From: Felis catus
Taxonomy: Eukaryota
Length of the DNA: 64,000 bases
NCBI RefSeq assembly: GCF_018350175.1
Contig: NC_058368.1
Location: forward strand, 20,214,001 to 20,278,000
Direction of reading: 5' to 3'
Shown here: one piece after another, positions 13,998 to 27,139 of the stretch
Position numbering within the stretch: the stretch's first letter is position 1
How the letters are laid out: each line of letters starts with the position of its first letter
Position numbers and translations under genes: made by a program
The notes under the pieces: model-generated
What the model saw: only the letters and a program-made list of their open reading frames with translations
What the model was told of the DNA's origin: nothing
Databases searched by the model: none

Positions 13998-14204
13998 TGT
14001 TTTTTATATTTATTTATTTTGAGAGAGGGAGAGAGAGAGAGTGAGTAGGGGAGGGGTAGAGAGAGAGGGAGACAGAATCCCAAGCAGGCTCCGCATCTTC
14101 AGCGTGGAGCCAGATGTGGGGATCGAACCCACAAACCGTGAGATCATGGCCTGAGCTGAAATCAAGAGTTGGTTGCTTAACGGATCGAGCCGCTCAGGTG
14201 ACCC
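13998..14204 (-). mobile_element. Can-SINE
   Basis: SINE body with a degenerate TSD tgatcagtgttttaa / tgatcggcgttttaa. Confidence 0.9.
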
Positions 14205-15420
14205 AATGATCGGCGTTTTAAAATACCTGCCCTCCGTGGCCACCAAAAGGCACTGTAGAGATGCAAATTCTCCATCCCACTTTGAAGTAAAGAGTGTGAA
14301 GAGTGCTTTACTGGTGTTGATGTACAGGGTTGAGTCAGGGCCTCCTAGGAACAGCCAGGTACCCTCCTAAGGCCTCCCCATGTCTCTTGACCCTCAAAAC
14401 CACAGCAGTGAGGAGCTCTGCTTTCATTTCTTCCGCCCTCGCTCCTCTTACCCCCTAGTTATTTCCATGTCTTCTTCTCTTCTGCTTCAAGCATCAAAAT
14501 GGTGGGAAGAATTTGGTTTTTGGTTGAAGGTGGAAGGAAGGCAGAGACTCCTCCCCCTTTCCAGGCTCTGTGGTTGCAGAGAGAACAGCTGGTCTCCCAG
14601 TCAAATCACAAATGTGACCAAGACCGTTGAAACGCAACTACGTGGTCCTCAGTGTGCCGACTATGGATGGGCCTGGAATATTGTGTATTTGACTCTCCTA
14701 GAACCAGATCTTTCATGTGTTATACCTGGATATTCCTGATGACCTTCCAAAGGCAGGGTCAGACTTGCAAGTTGGCACACCCCACTTCCATCTGACGCAA
14801 GCAGGGCCTTCCTATTTAAAAGGAGATGGGTTTCTCTCTAGTTAGTCGTGTTAATGACCATAATTAAGTCACAGGGATAGACTTCTAATAGAATCTGCTG
14901 ATAACTCCTGAAACCTGAATTTAGCCCTGGACAACTGTGTGCTGCTCCTCCTGGGCTATCCCCATCAGGTGTCGTGTCTGAGAAGAACCATCCTGTGAAT
15001 TCTGCTTACAGTTAAATTTGTGAACAAGTAAATAAAATGCATTAACATTTTGCTAACAAAAGAATGAGAAAATGATGCATGCTATACTGGATGTTGCTGG
15101 TTTAATTACTCCTGTTTTGGGAAATCTCAACTTAAGAAGTGTTTCCGCCTAGAAAAACTTTCTCACATTTTATTCTTAAAATTTCAGCCTTCTTCACAAC
15201 GCAGCACAGTTGTTACTTGCTTTCACAGGAGTGATTCCTCACTTCTTTACAAGAACAGAACGCTCCTATCACTTGCCAGGCACCTCACTCTTCCTCCTAG
15301 GTTGTCTGTGTTGTTTCATTTCACCTGCTGTACCACAAATTCCCGAGGGGGAAGTTCAAGTTACATAGAACTTTGTATGTTTTGATGTCATTTAGAAATT
15401 CTGAGTGTATTTATGTAACA

Positions 15421-15446
15421 GAATGAATGAATGAATGAATGAATGA
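15421..15446 (+). repeat. (GAAT)n simple repeat, possibly an L2 tail
   Basis: gaatgaatgaatgaatgaatgaatga. Confidence 0.8.
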
Positions 15447-15464
15447 TAGTAATGTATTATTTCC

Positions 15465-15625
15465 TAGCTATGTGATCTAGGACAATTTCCTATCGACTCT
15501 GTGCTTGTTTCCTCGTGAGTAAAATGGTGAAAACTACAACTTTATACGTCTAAGATTAAATGAGATCATGTGTATAAAATAGCACAAGGCATGGCACATT
15601 GAATTCTCAATAAATGTCAGCTGTT
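15465..15625 (+). mobile_element. MIR
   Basis: gtttcctcgtgagtaaaatgg..aagattaaatgagatcatgtgtataaa..ggcacat..ctcaataaatgtcagct. Confidence 0.75.
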
Positions 15626-16867
15626 TGTTTTATCATCATTGACAAGGAATGCAGTTTTTCAGTGGCTTCCTGGAGGTGAGGTGGTTTCTTTGCTGACCAA
15701 GGGCTTAGTGGTAAATGAAGGATAGATATGATCACAGTATCTCATAAAAGCAAAGTAACAGCAATAAAGCTAGAGTCATTTCAACTGGTAAAATGATGCT
15801 TCAAGTTCTCTATACAATAATGGGCAGGTTTCCAGAAGGGCCCAATGTACTCTTAAGCATACATTCACAGCATAAAAATACAACTCAGCCTCATCATAAA
15901 TTTGATCTATAGCCAAGATAATCTTGTCCATTATCAAGTGAGGGCATATCGCGTTGGTCTCCCTGTGATCCAGTGTGCCTTTGGTGGTATCTTGAGTAGT
16001 CTGCTCTTTGAAAAGGACTCTACAAGGAAGGTTGAATTAATGCCTTATTTCTCTCTGCATTCATTTCCCATAGCAAGCAGAGACCTTTGCAATCTATGAC
16101 CCTCAAGTCAACAATCAAGTAGGTTTGGCTAATATCTCTGGACAATGAGGTGGGGGCACTTTCTTCACTAGAGATTCTTTTTTCAAAAAGCTGTGTCCAG
16201 CATGTTTTCTCTTCATGTTCTCTACCTTCCCTAATTACCCCAAAGCCATTCTGTATCCCTTTTCTCTGGCATCGTGGCTTTCACTCATCTTCCCCAACCA
16301 AACTCAAACATTCACCTCCCCCAGGAAGCTTTCCTTATTCCCCAGGAAGAGTTATTTGTCCTCATTCTGGGCAACGCATATGGTTCTTACTTGGGTCACT
16401 GCCATCATTTTACCGTAGGGCAAGGTTTAAAGGTTTGTGTCTATTGGTAGACTATGAGCCACTAAAAAGTGTGGATTTGTTTATGTCTCTAACACTGTAA
16501 CAGGAGGGCTTGGGGACAGTGAGAAGACCATCTCTGAAGTCTTCTTTGAGCCTCCTTGGGGCAAAGTGCCTGTTATACTTGGGACCAGAGTGCTACTCCG
16601 ATGGCCATGACCATGGACCCAGCCCCAACCCCTCTCCTGATTTCCCAGCACCAAGTAAGCCCACATTATTATGTGATTCCTGGAGAGGATGTGGGAGCCC
16701 CAGTGAAGGCCAGGATAAATTTCCTATGGGGACATGGGGATGGCAGGTCAGTGCTTCAGTAGATGACATTTGATCTATGGAAACAAAGGAATCCAATAGA
16801 TCATGTACCCTAGAGATGTGGATGAATGTCATTCAATACCTAATAAGCGCTCCTCATTTGTGTGGGT

Positions 16868-17460
16868 ATTCATTTACTCATCCTTTCAACAAATATTTGT
16901 TGAGCACCTGTCAAATGTAAGGACAACGGTATGCGAGTTAGAGGAGGGCCTTGCTGTCAGGAGGGTACTTTAGTCAGGGTGCCAAATAGAAAATAATGCA
17001 ATATATGGAGAAGACACTTAAAAATTGTGATCCGTATCTGGAAGAAAGGCCAGAGGCTGACTGGAGAAGAAAAGGCATGCAGGGAAGGGGATGCATGTGT
17101 GTATAGATAGGTGGCAAGAAGACACAGACAAGTGGTCCGTCAAGGAAGTCCTTTCAGAAGAGATGGCATTTGCTTGGAGTCCAAAAGAATAAGGCAATCG
17201 AGGCGCAAAGCAGAGGCAGAAGAGCATCGCGGGTGGAGGGACTGCATGTGTAGATTGTACGGAGTGTCAGGTGACCTGTAAGAAGTATGTTGCATCAGCA
17301 GAGAGTGAGGCAGGCAGAGAGGGGGGTTGGGAGGGAGGTTGAGAGGGATGAGGGACCAGGTCATGTAGGCCTCTGTGGCTCGGGGACAGGCAAATGGAAT
17401 TTTAGTCCAAAGGCAATGAGAAGCCACGGAAGGACTTGAAATGGGACAGTGACGTGACCC
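16868..17460 (-). mobile_element. L2 remnant
   Basis: cattt..tcaacaaatatttgttgagcacct (reversed L2 3' end) plus an internal L2-like purine-rich body. Confidence 0.65.
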
Positions 17461-17813
17461 AGCACACAGATTCCATCACCTCTGTATTTTTCTACTGGGC
17501 TGTGAATGCCTCACCAGCTCCTGCGGTGTCTTATGCAGGGAGGTTCTTACCTGCACGTTCCCAGGCGATCTGGTGCTGCCTCTTCTCCCAGGGTAGAGAG
17601 GGACACGCTGGCTCTCCTGAGGTCTGACCAATCTGAGGAAGGTGGCCTCAAAGCTGCTGGTGCACTAAGAGGGAGGCCAGGGCTCTGAGAAATGCCCTTG
17701 AAACAGACAGGTGGCCTCCCTCCTCCTCGATCATTGTTTGCCTCACACTGCTGGGTTATTGCACCACATTTCCTAGTACCCTAGTGTTGAGTCTGCTAGC
17801 TGTTGGATTTTTT

Positions 17814-18069
17814 TTTTTACTGTTTTATTTATTTTTGGGTGGGTGGGGGGAAGAGAGAGAGAGAGAGGGAGAGAGAGAGAGAGAGAGAGAATATGAGCGA
17901 GCAGGGGAGGGGCAGAGAGAGAGGCAGACACAGAATCTGAAATCTGAAGCAGGCTCCAGGCTCCAAGCTGTTAGCACAGAACCCAACGTGGGGCACGAAC
18001 TCATGAACTGTGAGATTATGACCTGAGCTGACGTTGGATGCTTAACCGACTGAGCTACCCAGACGCCCC
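17814..18069 (-). mobile_element. Can-SINE
   Basis: TSD ctgttggatttttt (17800-17813) / ctgttagatttttt (18072-18085), with a (GA)n tract. Confidence 0.92.
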
Positions 18070-20039
18070 ATCTGTTAGATTTTTTAAAGTATGTGAATAA
18101 TTGCATGGTAAGTGCACGGGCATGGTGAAAGTGGGACCCGCAGCTCCAGGGCGCGGCTGTGGCTCTGAATGAGATTCTCCACGCACAGCCCCATCCGAGG
18201 GGACCCCGGGCTGTTTTGTGTTACACATGTGGCATTGGAGGGTACAAAATCTCCAAGGGCTTGGGTTGGTCTACCCTGAGGGAAATCTTGGAAGGTGATG
18301 ATGGAAATGATTTTCAGTCTGAGGCTAAGAAACAGGTCAAATACCTGAGCCCTCAGATCTTCCTTGAAAGGCTGGGATTCTAACCTGAGGAACATTAAAG
18401 AGAGCAAGTAAGTGCGTTTATGCCATTTCAGTGTTCTTCAAACATGTGGATTTAAGCCAGCTGGGTTTGAAATCCATTCAGTTGGTGTTTTTGCCAAGAG
18501 TTTTGTGGGTGTAGAGTTTAAAAATAGCTATGTACACATAGGATGTCTGTAGGGAAATATGGGCAAATTCTAGGCTGGAAAAAGGTTCCGTGAGCAAGTG
18601 CCCTCAATGTTTAGCCCCGAATGTTTGTAAAGACAAGAAACATTTTAGAGGTCAGAGTAACAAGTCTGTGTTACTCTTGGTCCAGACCAGGGTGTGTCTG
18701 GATCCAAATGTGGGTGTGGATAGAGTGACTCAGAAATACGTAATGGGGAGAACGAAGGGCCCAGAAATAATAACTGAAATTTAAACAGAGGTGAGGAGGG
18801 AGGAACAGAGAAAACAAAACAGATCAGAAAAGTCAGGGTTTTTCAGTCTGGAAGCATAAAGGCAGATGGGATTGAAAACAGAAAACAAAGTTAAAAATGG
18901 CGGAGGTTCTGTGTACATCCAGACTTGCTCAGCATGGCCTCGTGAGTCTTCCTCCTTGCCTACAATTCCTTCCTCTCCGGCCCCCCCTGCAGGACATTTG
19001 GGTTGAATAACCATGAAGTGAACAGCCTGAGGCGGGTCAGGGGCCTCGACTTGGGAATGTGAAAATGGGGATTAATCCTGAATGGCACACCAGCGAGGCC
19101 GCTGAAGAGCTGTGACAAACGTGAATGCCTCCCTCATGTGCCCATTTGAATCTTACTTATTCAGGTACTGCTTTGGACCAAGGACTAGTTTATAATTTGC
19201 CTGGGTAGATCCACCTTGTACCTAAACAACAGCAAGACTACCTGTGATTTGTCCTGAGTTACGGGCGACCGAGTGCTTATACAGAATGACACCAGAAAGT
19301 GCTCTGGCAGCAAGAACCGGTCAGACTTCCTGAGGGAGGTGCTGTTCGCACTGGCCTTGGTGGAAGGTAGGGTTTGGGTGTTGCATGGGCGGAGAGTTGG
19401 AGGAATAAGCTGAGCTTTGGCATGCGGGCGGGGAAGCACAGGGTATATTTGGTGGAGAGTTAAGAGCCTGTTTGGCCAGAGCACAGAATAGTTAGTGCTA
19501 GTATGTACAAGGTGACGGGGGCCAGGTGGTGAGAACCTTGAGGGTGTATCTGGGGAGCGGGTACTTTTGCTTGGTTGGCAAGAAGGGGCCATGGCAGGAG
19601 GGTGTGCAAAGCACTTCTCAAAAAAAAATTCGCAGGAGTGGGGAGATGTGGGGGCCATGAAACTAGTTGGGAGTCTGTGGCCGTAGACCAGGGCAGTGGT
19701 AACACGGTTTATCAAGACACTGGACAGTGGGCGTGGCTCTCAGGTAGCAACATCAGGGGTGCAGAAATACTTTTGTAAATCAAACTGATTCAGACGTGGA
19801 GCCATCATCCTGTGTGTCGTAGGGAAGTTCCACTGTAGTTACAATTGAGTGCTGCCCTCCCCCGAATGAGGACATACAGGAGTCCAGGAGGATTAAGGGT
19901 AGGTGAACTGGGGAAGGGTCTCTGGTCTCTTGTGGTCTTACTGACAACCTTGTCATCCTTGCCGTTCAGCCCCAGAGGCGTTCTTGAAGCCGGTTTCTGT
20001 ATGGTGTAGACAAATTTCTTGAGAGGCGAAGTATCTGAC

Positions 20040-20155
20040 CGCCCTCACTTTACAGATGAGGAAATGGGGGTCATGGAAGGTTACAGAACTTGTCCAGGGC
20101 TTCACAGCTAGTAAGGAAAGAGCCAGGATTAGAAGACCCTTGCTCTAATCACTAG
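20040..20155 (-). mobile_element. MIR core
   Basis: cactttacagatgaggaaatggggg..aacttgtccaggg..cacagctagtaag..gagccaggatt. Confidence 0.75.
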
Positions 20156-20949
20156 TCTCCAACACCTGTGTGGCTAGGGTTGGGGGGAAGGAACAGAAGG
20201 CACGTAAAACCTGGAGAGGGCGAAGAAGCAGGAATGGGGACAGACGTGATGTGAAAATTGAGAACCCTCAAAGTGGCTGGGTGTCTCTAGTTTTACAATC
20301 CTTATTTGTTCATTATAAAATTAATAAATGGTTATCATGGAAAATGTGTCAAGTGCAAAAAAGAAAATGAAACAGAAAAAATACCCCCCATGATGATACT
20401 ATCCGGAAGCAAAAGCTGTTCTGCTTTGACATACTCCTTTGCAGTTTGTGTTTCTCTGTACTGTTTTTACATGGTCAAGGGCAATCTATACACACGTGTT
20501 CAGGTTGTTTCCTAGTGGTTTGCTATTACAAATTGTACTATGACCAACATATGCATAAGGCTTTACTTCCGTCTTGGATAATTTCTTTATCCATCCAGGG
20601 ATAGACGCCTGGAAATTGAGTTACAAGGCATGAGCGTTTGTAAGGCTACTGAGATCTATTGCTACGCTTCTCTCCAAAAAGGTTGCACCAATTACTGCTA
20701 AGAGCCGTGTAGAAACATAAATTGAGTATTAAGAACCTTTGCTAACTTGAAAAGTGAAAACGACCTCTTGCTGTGCCGGACTTGGCCACTTGATCTCGTT
20801 TGTTCCTTAGAATGACCCTATGAAGAAGGCCTCGTTTCTTAAAATATTATTAACCTTGCTGCCTCAGTTTGCTCCTGAGGCGAGTGCCCTACGCCCAGCT
20901 CTGATTTCCTCCACTTTATAAATGAAGAAAGCAAAGGTGAGAAATGAAG

Positions 20950-21141
20950 GTGGTTTGTTTTTGTCTCTTTTTAAAATTTTTTTAGAGAGAGTGAGCAGGG
21001 GAGAGGAAGAGAGAGACTCTTAAGCAGGCCCCACGCTCAGCCCAGAGCCCGACGCGGGGCTTGATCCCACGACGCTGAGGTCATGACTTGAGCTGAAATC
21101 AAGAGTTGGACACTCAACCACCTGAGCCACCCCAGTGCCCC
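20950..21141 (-). mobile_element. Can-SINE inserted in a MIR-like sequence
   Basis: TSD gagaaatgaag at 20939-20949 and 21142-21152. Confidence 0.88.
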
Positions 21142-21779
21142 GAGAAATGAAGTATTCTGATTCGGGTCACACGGCCAGTATGTCTCAGTGATGACATTCC
21201 AATCTGGTTTTTTGGATGTGAATGCTGAAGAGAGAAGAAACCATGAACAGAACTGAGGACTCATACGGCAGATGGAGCTGGTCTTGCCTGGTATGTGAGT
21301 GTGGTGCTAGTTGGGTGTGGGTCACACTGATTTGGGAACCGGATGTGTCCATGTGGCAGGAAGCTGGTCACATGTGGTTGGGTCACGATCCTGAGCCTGC
21401 CTCCACAGCTGCCGCCGGTTCCCTGGATCCAGCAAAGGCACAAAGGCGAAGCTGGACAGGGAATCACTCCTGGGAAGTACGGGGCAGGGCCGTGAGCTCG
21501 GACACTGACCAAAGAAGCAAAGGGGTCCCTGTGGGTCCGCACAGCCAGCTCAGGTCATAGACCCAGACTGCCACTGAGCTTTATGGCTAAGGAGAATTCC
21601 AGAGCTGCTGGCATGGGGTGATTTACTTGTATAGGGCACAGGAGGCTCATTTTGCAGGAAGTGGAACATAACTGTTGGAGTGGAAATAGGACCAGGACTG
21701 TCCTTGCTCAACAGATCGGCTTCCTCTGTTGAGCTGGGCTGCATTTCCGGTCTTTAAACCACGTCCAAGGGCAGAGGAC

Positions 21780-22520
21780 CTGGCGGTCAATCCGTTCTAC
21801 CCATTAGTGTTGTGTCCTCTCTGATGAGAGTCAGACACACGGCAGGTGATGAGGAGGGAGGCCGAGGGGACGGTGGGCAGTTCTGGTCGTGGCCGGGTGG
21901 GGGGCAGGCTCGCTGCTGAGGGCAGTGCAAACCCAGGCAGTTGAGGGGCGCTTGGCAAGTCGGAGCAGGTGTGGACGGTTGGAGCCTGTGAGTTGCGTGG
22001 AAGTTGGCCAAGCAGCGATGAAGGTGGGGTGGACGGTGAGCTTCCCACCCTGGGGAGGCCGGGCAGTGAGGCCGGGCCAGCGCGTGCAGGGGCAGGACAG
22101 AGGGGAGCGTTGCAGGTGCCACACGGCCCGCGGCGCCCAAAGGAGAGCAGAGGCAGGAAGGCACAACGGGTTGCACAGGCTTGAGGCGTTGGGGGTTGGC
22201 GAAGGGAAGCTCAGCTGGAGACCTGGGAGCAGCAGCGGTGGCAGGTGGGCACAAGCACAAGGTCTGGCTTTGCCGGCAGCCGCTTGAGATGGAGGAGAGA
22301 GAGAAGCCGGGAAGCTGAGGATGTGATGACGGACAGGCACTTTCCTGTGGGGGGGGGGGGGGGAATCGTCCAGAGAGACGGTGGCGAGGGGACAGCGGAA
22401 CTTGTGTTGTAAAAAGCGCTGGGAAGCCAGCCCTCGCCGTGCTCCCTGCACTAGGGAATGTGAGGAGCCTGGAGCCCCGGGGTCAGAACACGTGCCATCC
22501 TGCAGCCCCCGTGTAGGAGG
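21780..22520. promoter_or_regulatory. Orphan CpG-island-like patch
   Basis: About 40 CpGs in ~730 bp by hand count, G-rich on the + strand, with a G15 run at 22349-22363. Confidence 0.45.
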
Positions 22521-22559
22521 AAAGAACCTCAGCCTTCACTCAGTATGGCTGTGCTGTAG

Positions 22560-22760
22560 GCATCACAGGGCTTTCATGCAAATTACGCAATTTAAGTCTC
22601 CTAATTATCCCCCAAGGTAGGCATTGTTGTCCGTATCTTACAGATGGTGAAACTGAGGCCCAGGAGAGTGAAATAACTTGCCCTCGGCTCACACAGTGGG
22701 TGATGGTCAGAATTGGAAGCCAGGCCTGCTTGATGCCAAAATCTGAACACGTAGGTACTT
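22560..22760 (-). mobile_element. MIR
   Basis: aggtaggcattgttgtccgtatcttacagatggtgaaactgaggcccaggagagtgaaataacttgccc. Confidence 0.8.
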
Positions 22761-23854
22761 GCACCAGAGGTTAATTCCATCAGAGCGATCAGCGGGACTA
22801 TAAAATCTAAACATTAATGATGGTAGTAGGGGCGGCTGGTTGTCTGAGGGAGAGACGACGTCTCTTCTGTTCAGTCCCGGGTCCCGAGCACCCAGCCTGA
22901 CACGTAGTGGAGCTCAGTAAATGCTTGTTGGATGAATAAGTGAATCTCTTCAGAGCAATGAAGAAAGAGGTACGGGGACCTGAATTCGTATCAATTCTCG
23001 GGAAGCTCGGGGAGGGATGCTGAGGGGATTTGTAACTTATCAGGAAGGGCTTCCAAGTGCCAGGGAGAGGGGTAGAGAGTGGAGTAGACTTTGGAACTAC
23101 AGAGCACGGGTGAGGATGCAGAAGGGCCTCCAGAAGATGTAGACTCTCTATGCGTGTAGGCGAAAACCATGGGTAGAAGCCTCTGCTTTCTCAGTGGGAT
23201 GTTGGCCTCATCACCTGCCCTCCACGTGCCAAACTATAGATTTGGTCTCCAGAGTGGAGGAAGCCAGCCTTCAGGCTTTCTGCCTTCTCCTCACAGTGTG
23301 GCTGGAGATGTCTAGCAAGGCTCAGTCAACCCATGGTTGTGTCTGCTCCTCCAGATCTTGTAAATTCCATTCTTCAATCAAGAAAGCTATCAACTGGGAC
23401 CAAACTAGTATCCCTTGAGAGAAAATCACTCCTGGAAATCCCTTTCTAAGTGATTTTTAGAAATCTGTGCTAAGGAAAACTTGGTTCCCATTGAGGAATC
23501 CCATCAAGGCAACTTAAATTATAATGAATATAAGGCAATGTCACTAGATTTTCAAATCCTATGTGAGAACCAGGCTATTCACGTTTCCCTTTTTGCTTTG
23601 GCTGCTGGGAGAGTCATCCACAACAGTTAGGTTTTTCTTTCTTTACGGTTGGCATATTTATGGACCCTTTAGCCCTTAGCCCTGCTTTTCTACTTCTATT
23701 TGCATTGTCTTCAGTCGTGATTTCAGTTGCTGTGATACCTTGTAGAAATAAAATAAATGCAGAATAATAAGTGGAAACGAAATGCTTTCTTGTTCATCTG
23801 GGTGGAGCCGTCTTCAACGAAAAGGGTGGTTGCTGGCCCTCCAGGGCATGGCGG

Positions 23855-23868
23855 CCAGCAGGTGGCAC
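23855..23868 (+). promoter_or_regulatory. Candidate CTCF site
   Basis: CCAGCAGGTGGCAC matches the CTCF core CCASYAGRKGGCRS at every position. Confidence 0.5.
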
Positions 23869-26339
23869 CAAAGCTTTCCCACGGCCAGCCAGCTAGCTAG
23901 CGAGATGAGTTGGCCTGAAGGATTTCGTTCATCAGGCCCTTTCTTGGACTGTGCCACACACGTGGAGTTGCTCCTGTTCCAGAATGCTCTGGGTTTTGTT
24001 CTAGAGATTGGGCAAGGCTGACCTCAGGGAGCCTGGCTGGCTTCTTCCAGATGCTCAACTTATAAGACCAGTGTTTCAAATAACGGGGTGGTTGCAGCAA
24101 TCGCCAACTGGACTAGGCCAGTTGGGGCCTGTGCCTCATCTATCTAAGCATTTTTTCTATACCATCTTAGGCAGCTGGAAGTGGGACCCTCATCACAGAT
24201 GGAGAGTTCAGAAAGCATGCCATAGGGACCCAGAGAAGGGGCCTTTTCAGTTTCATCAAATAACTCTGGAGACTTCTGAAATGGATATGTTGATCCTAAT
24301 TTTGGGCACATAATTGAACAATAGTTATCACATCTCTAGAAAAATTATTAAAAAAAGACCAAAGTGTGCCAACATTACCATTGATATTTCTTCCATTATT
24401 CACTCAAATTATGTGATTTAAAGACATTTTGTATCTAGACTTCTATGCCCAGGATTAGAAAACAGCCTTCAGTAAAAGTTGGAAGAGTTTAATTATATAA
24501 AAATCTTTAAATTCAGGTTCCTGACCCCTCCTGAATCCATTTTTATAATGTAAAGTCAATTTCTCATGTTATTTTTCTCAAGCCTCTACTGTATCTGATC
24601 AATTGTATTTCCAAGGAATTAAAGAGAAACAGAACCCTGTAAATCATAAGAGGCATTTGTGTTGAGACCAGAAACACGGAGAGATGCGGTGGGCAGGGAG
24701 GGGGAAAGAGGACTATTCAGCTCTCTCCACTGCTCTCCTGAAATCCAGATTTGAGATCATTGACCACAATGGCTCGTTGACAGCATTCTGGGGGTTTGGG
24801 AGGGAGGAGCTCTTCGCGATTACTTTTATTTGTCCTTAAGAATCTCTTCCAGGAATTCTGAATCTACTTAGGTATTTCTTACCTGATGAATTGGAGAATT
24901 CATTCATCTACACAGACTCCAGCAGGGGGAAAGAAAGACTCCTGTATTTCTCCTGATGTACATGGTTTTCCCAATAAAAGTAAACATTTGGTCTTACTTG
25001 GAACGTACTTTACAGCACGGTCCCACTGACTTCCATGTGACCGTTCCCTTGTTCTTGGGTCACAGGGCTCAAAGAACACCCAGGACTATATTCCATCTTG
25101 TACACACGTCAGCCCTCCGATCACAAAATTATCTTTGGTAGCTCACCAACCCACCCTCCCCCCCCCATGGGTGACCCAAGATGATTTCTGTAGGGGCTGG
25201 CAGGTCAGTTAGGAACTACCTAAGAAGCATTTGATCTTTCTAGCCCATACTGGGTGGTATTTAGAGTAGACCACGGTGGGACCATAAGCAGTAATTAATT
25301 TGAGGAGTCTTTTTGGAAAAGAGACAAGAGATGGGTTGTCCTAGACCAGGACATGTGGCACCATGCCCCACCCCCTGTGCAACGCTGGGGGGAGATAGAA
25401 GGTCAACAAGAGATTGGGTTCCATTAAATGACAAAAAACTAGGGCTAAAATCTAGATTTCCTACACCACAGAGCCTAATCCAGGAGGGAAATAATTTGAG
25501 ACTGCCTCGTGTGTTTCAAGTGAACAAATTTATTGAGCACTTATAGTATGTCAGCATCTATCACAACGAAAGTAATGCGGATCCCCCAGTGGGTGTCAGG
25601 AGACTTCCTGGATGAGGAAAATGCTGGTGCACAGCCAGAAGTTGAAGCTGGGGCTTTGTCAACATCTCTCTGTGACATTCTTCTGCACAGGGTGTAGGGC
25701 CACTTCTGACCACAGCCTGGGAGGGAAGAGGGGGGGGTGCATGAATGTGTGTGGTGGGCTTCCCTCAGTGCTCCCCTTGTGTTACAGGGGCATCTTTTGT
25801 TTCCTGCTTTTAAATGGCATCACTGACATCCTTTGGGGTCACTGAACTGGGTAGACTGGACTGTGCTGAGGGTGGGTCACAAAGAAGGGATCGGGCCAGA
25901 CAGCATCAGGGTTGGGCTCCGAAGCAATCCTGGGGGTGCATGCAAGTATAATAAGGGTACTGGTAGGGGTAAGGGTACTGGTAGGGGGGAAGCCAGGAGG
26001 AGCCAAACTTGGCAGTTGGTCCACTTGTTTATATCTCATGGACCTTTGCTACTCATGAGCTTGCCTCCTGTTCCTCAGAGGCTGCATCGACACCTCGGAG
26101 TTTTCTCTTCCCTAACGTTAACATGTTGTTTCTCATCCTCAGCTGCCGTGAGTCACATTTCCGGAGGGGAGGTACACAGCTAGTGGCTTTCTAGGAACCA
26201 TCTCAGCAGAAAGAAGTCCCTCACTGCTCTGAGCCCTGTGGTTCTGTAGTCACTGGCATGACGTGAGGACCCCACAGCAGCAGAGGGCTGCAGACTGAGA
26301 AGCTTTACTGTGGACTGTGCCCGAGAGCGTAAATCATCC

Positions 26340-26543
26340 TCAGTCCAGCACGAGGCTTAGGCCGGTTCTTGTGAAGAAAGCTTTACTGGAACTCAGCCAC
26401 GCCCATTCACGTACACATCTTCCATGGCTGCTTTCGCACTGTGATGACAGAGTCGAGTAGTTGCAACAGAAACCCAATGGCTGGCAAAACCTAACATGTG
26501 CATTACCTAGCCCTTTCTAGAAAAAAGTTTGCTCTCTCCTGGC
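26340..26543. mobile_element. MER58A-like hAT-Charlie MITE
   Basis: aaagctttactggaactcagccacgcccattca..atggctgctttcgcact..gagtagttgcaacaga..gccctttctagaaaaaagtttgct. Confidence 0.75.
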
Positions 26544-27139
26544 CCAGAATTATAAGAGATCGTGTTTTTATTTACTTAAAATGGAGCATATTATGATTTG
26601 GGAGGCCGGGAATATCCAGGATGTTTGGGACAGGATCTGAGCTTCTCATTACGGGGAAGGCAACGGCTTACCGGCAGCTTGGAGGACAGTGTCGACGAGG
26701 ATTCTGAGGCGGTGTCTGGACTGGTCTGGGCACTTCCAGAGAGGTGAGGGCTGGGCTACGAGTCATGTAGGCGAGGAGCACCAGATGAGGAAATGAGCAA
26801 GGCGAATAAATCCATGCCCTTCTTTCCCAAAGGTGAAAGCACTTGGCACTGCTGAGTTTGGAACTGTAAACATACCCTCACTGGAGTGAGAAAGGTGACA
26901 CTGAACTACCATTCAAGCTTGACAGAGGCCGACAACAGGCAGAAAAGGCTAAGGTTGGGCTAGAGCTCCTGCTTCAGTTAAGGCTTCTATGTACTCATGG
27001 GAGGCTAGCAATGCAACAGTGTTCGTCCAGGGTGGCATTTCCTATAAAGCTTCCCATTTGGAGAAGACGGGGGCATTTATTAATCTGTGCAATCGCAATG
27101 CCGCTTAAAAAATGTTACAAGTTATTTAAGGACGAAAAG

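Noticed and set aside
21787..22451. Overlapping 132-206 aa ORFs in the GC-rich patch
   Set aside because: Low-complexity P/A/R/G composition in several frames is explained by GC content, and I see no supporting homology or gene structure.
1..27000. Exons of a neighbouring gene (SERPINE3 expected on this side from recalled human synteny), numts or non-retroviral viral inserts
   Set aside because: I could not recognise any serpin-like, mitochondrial or viral coding sequence by eye. Short or diverged pieces could be missed without BLAST.
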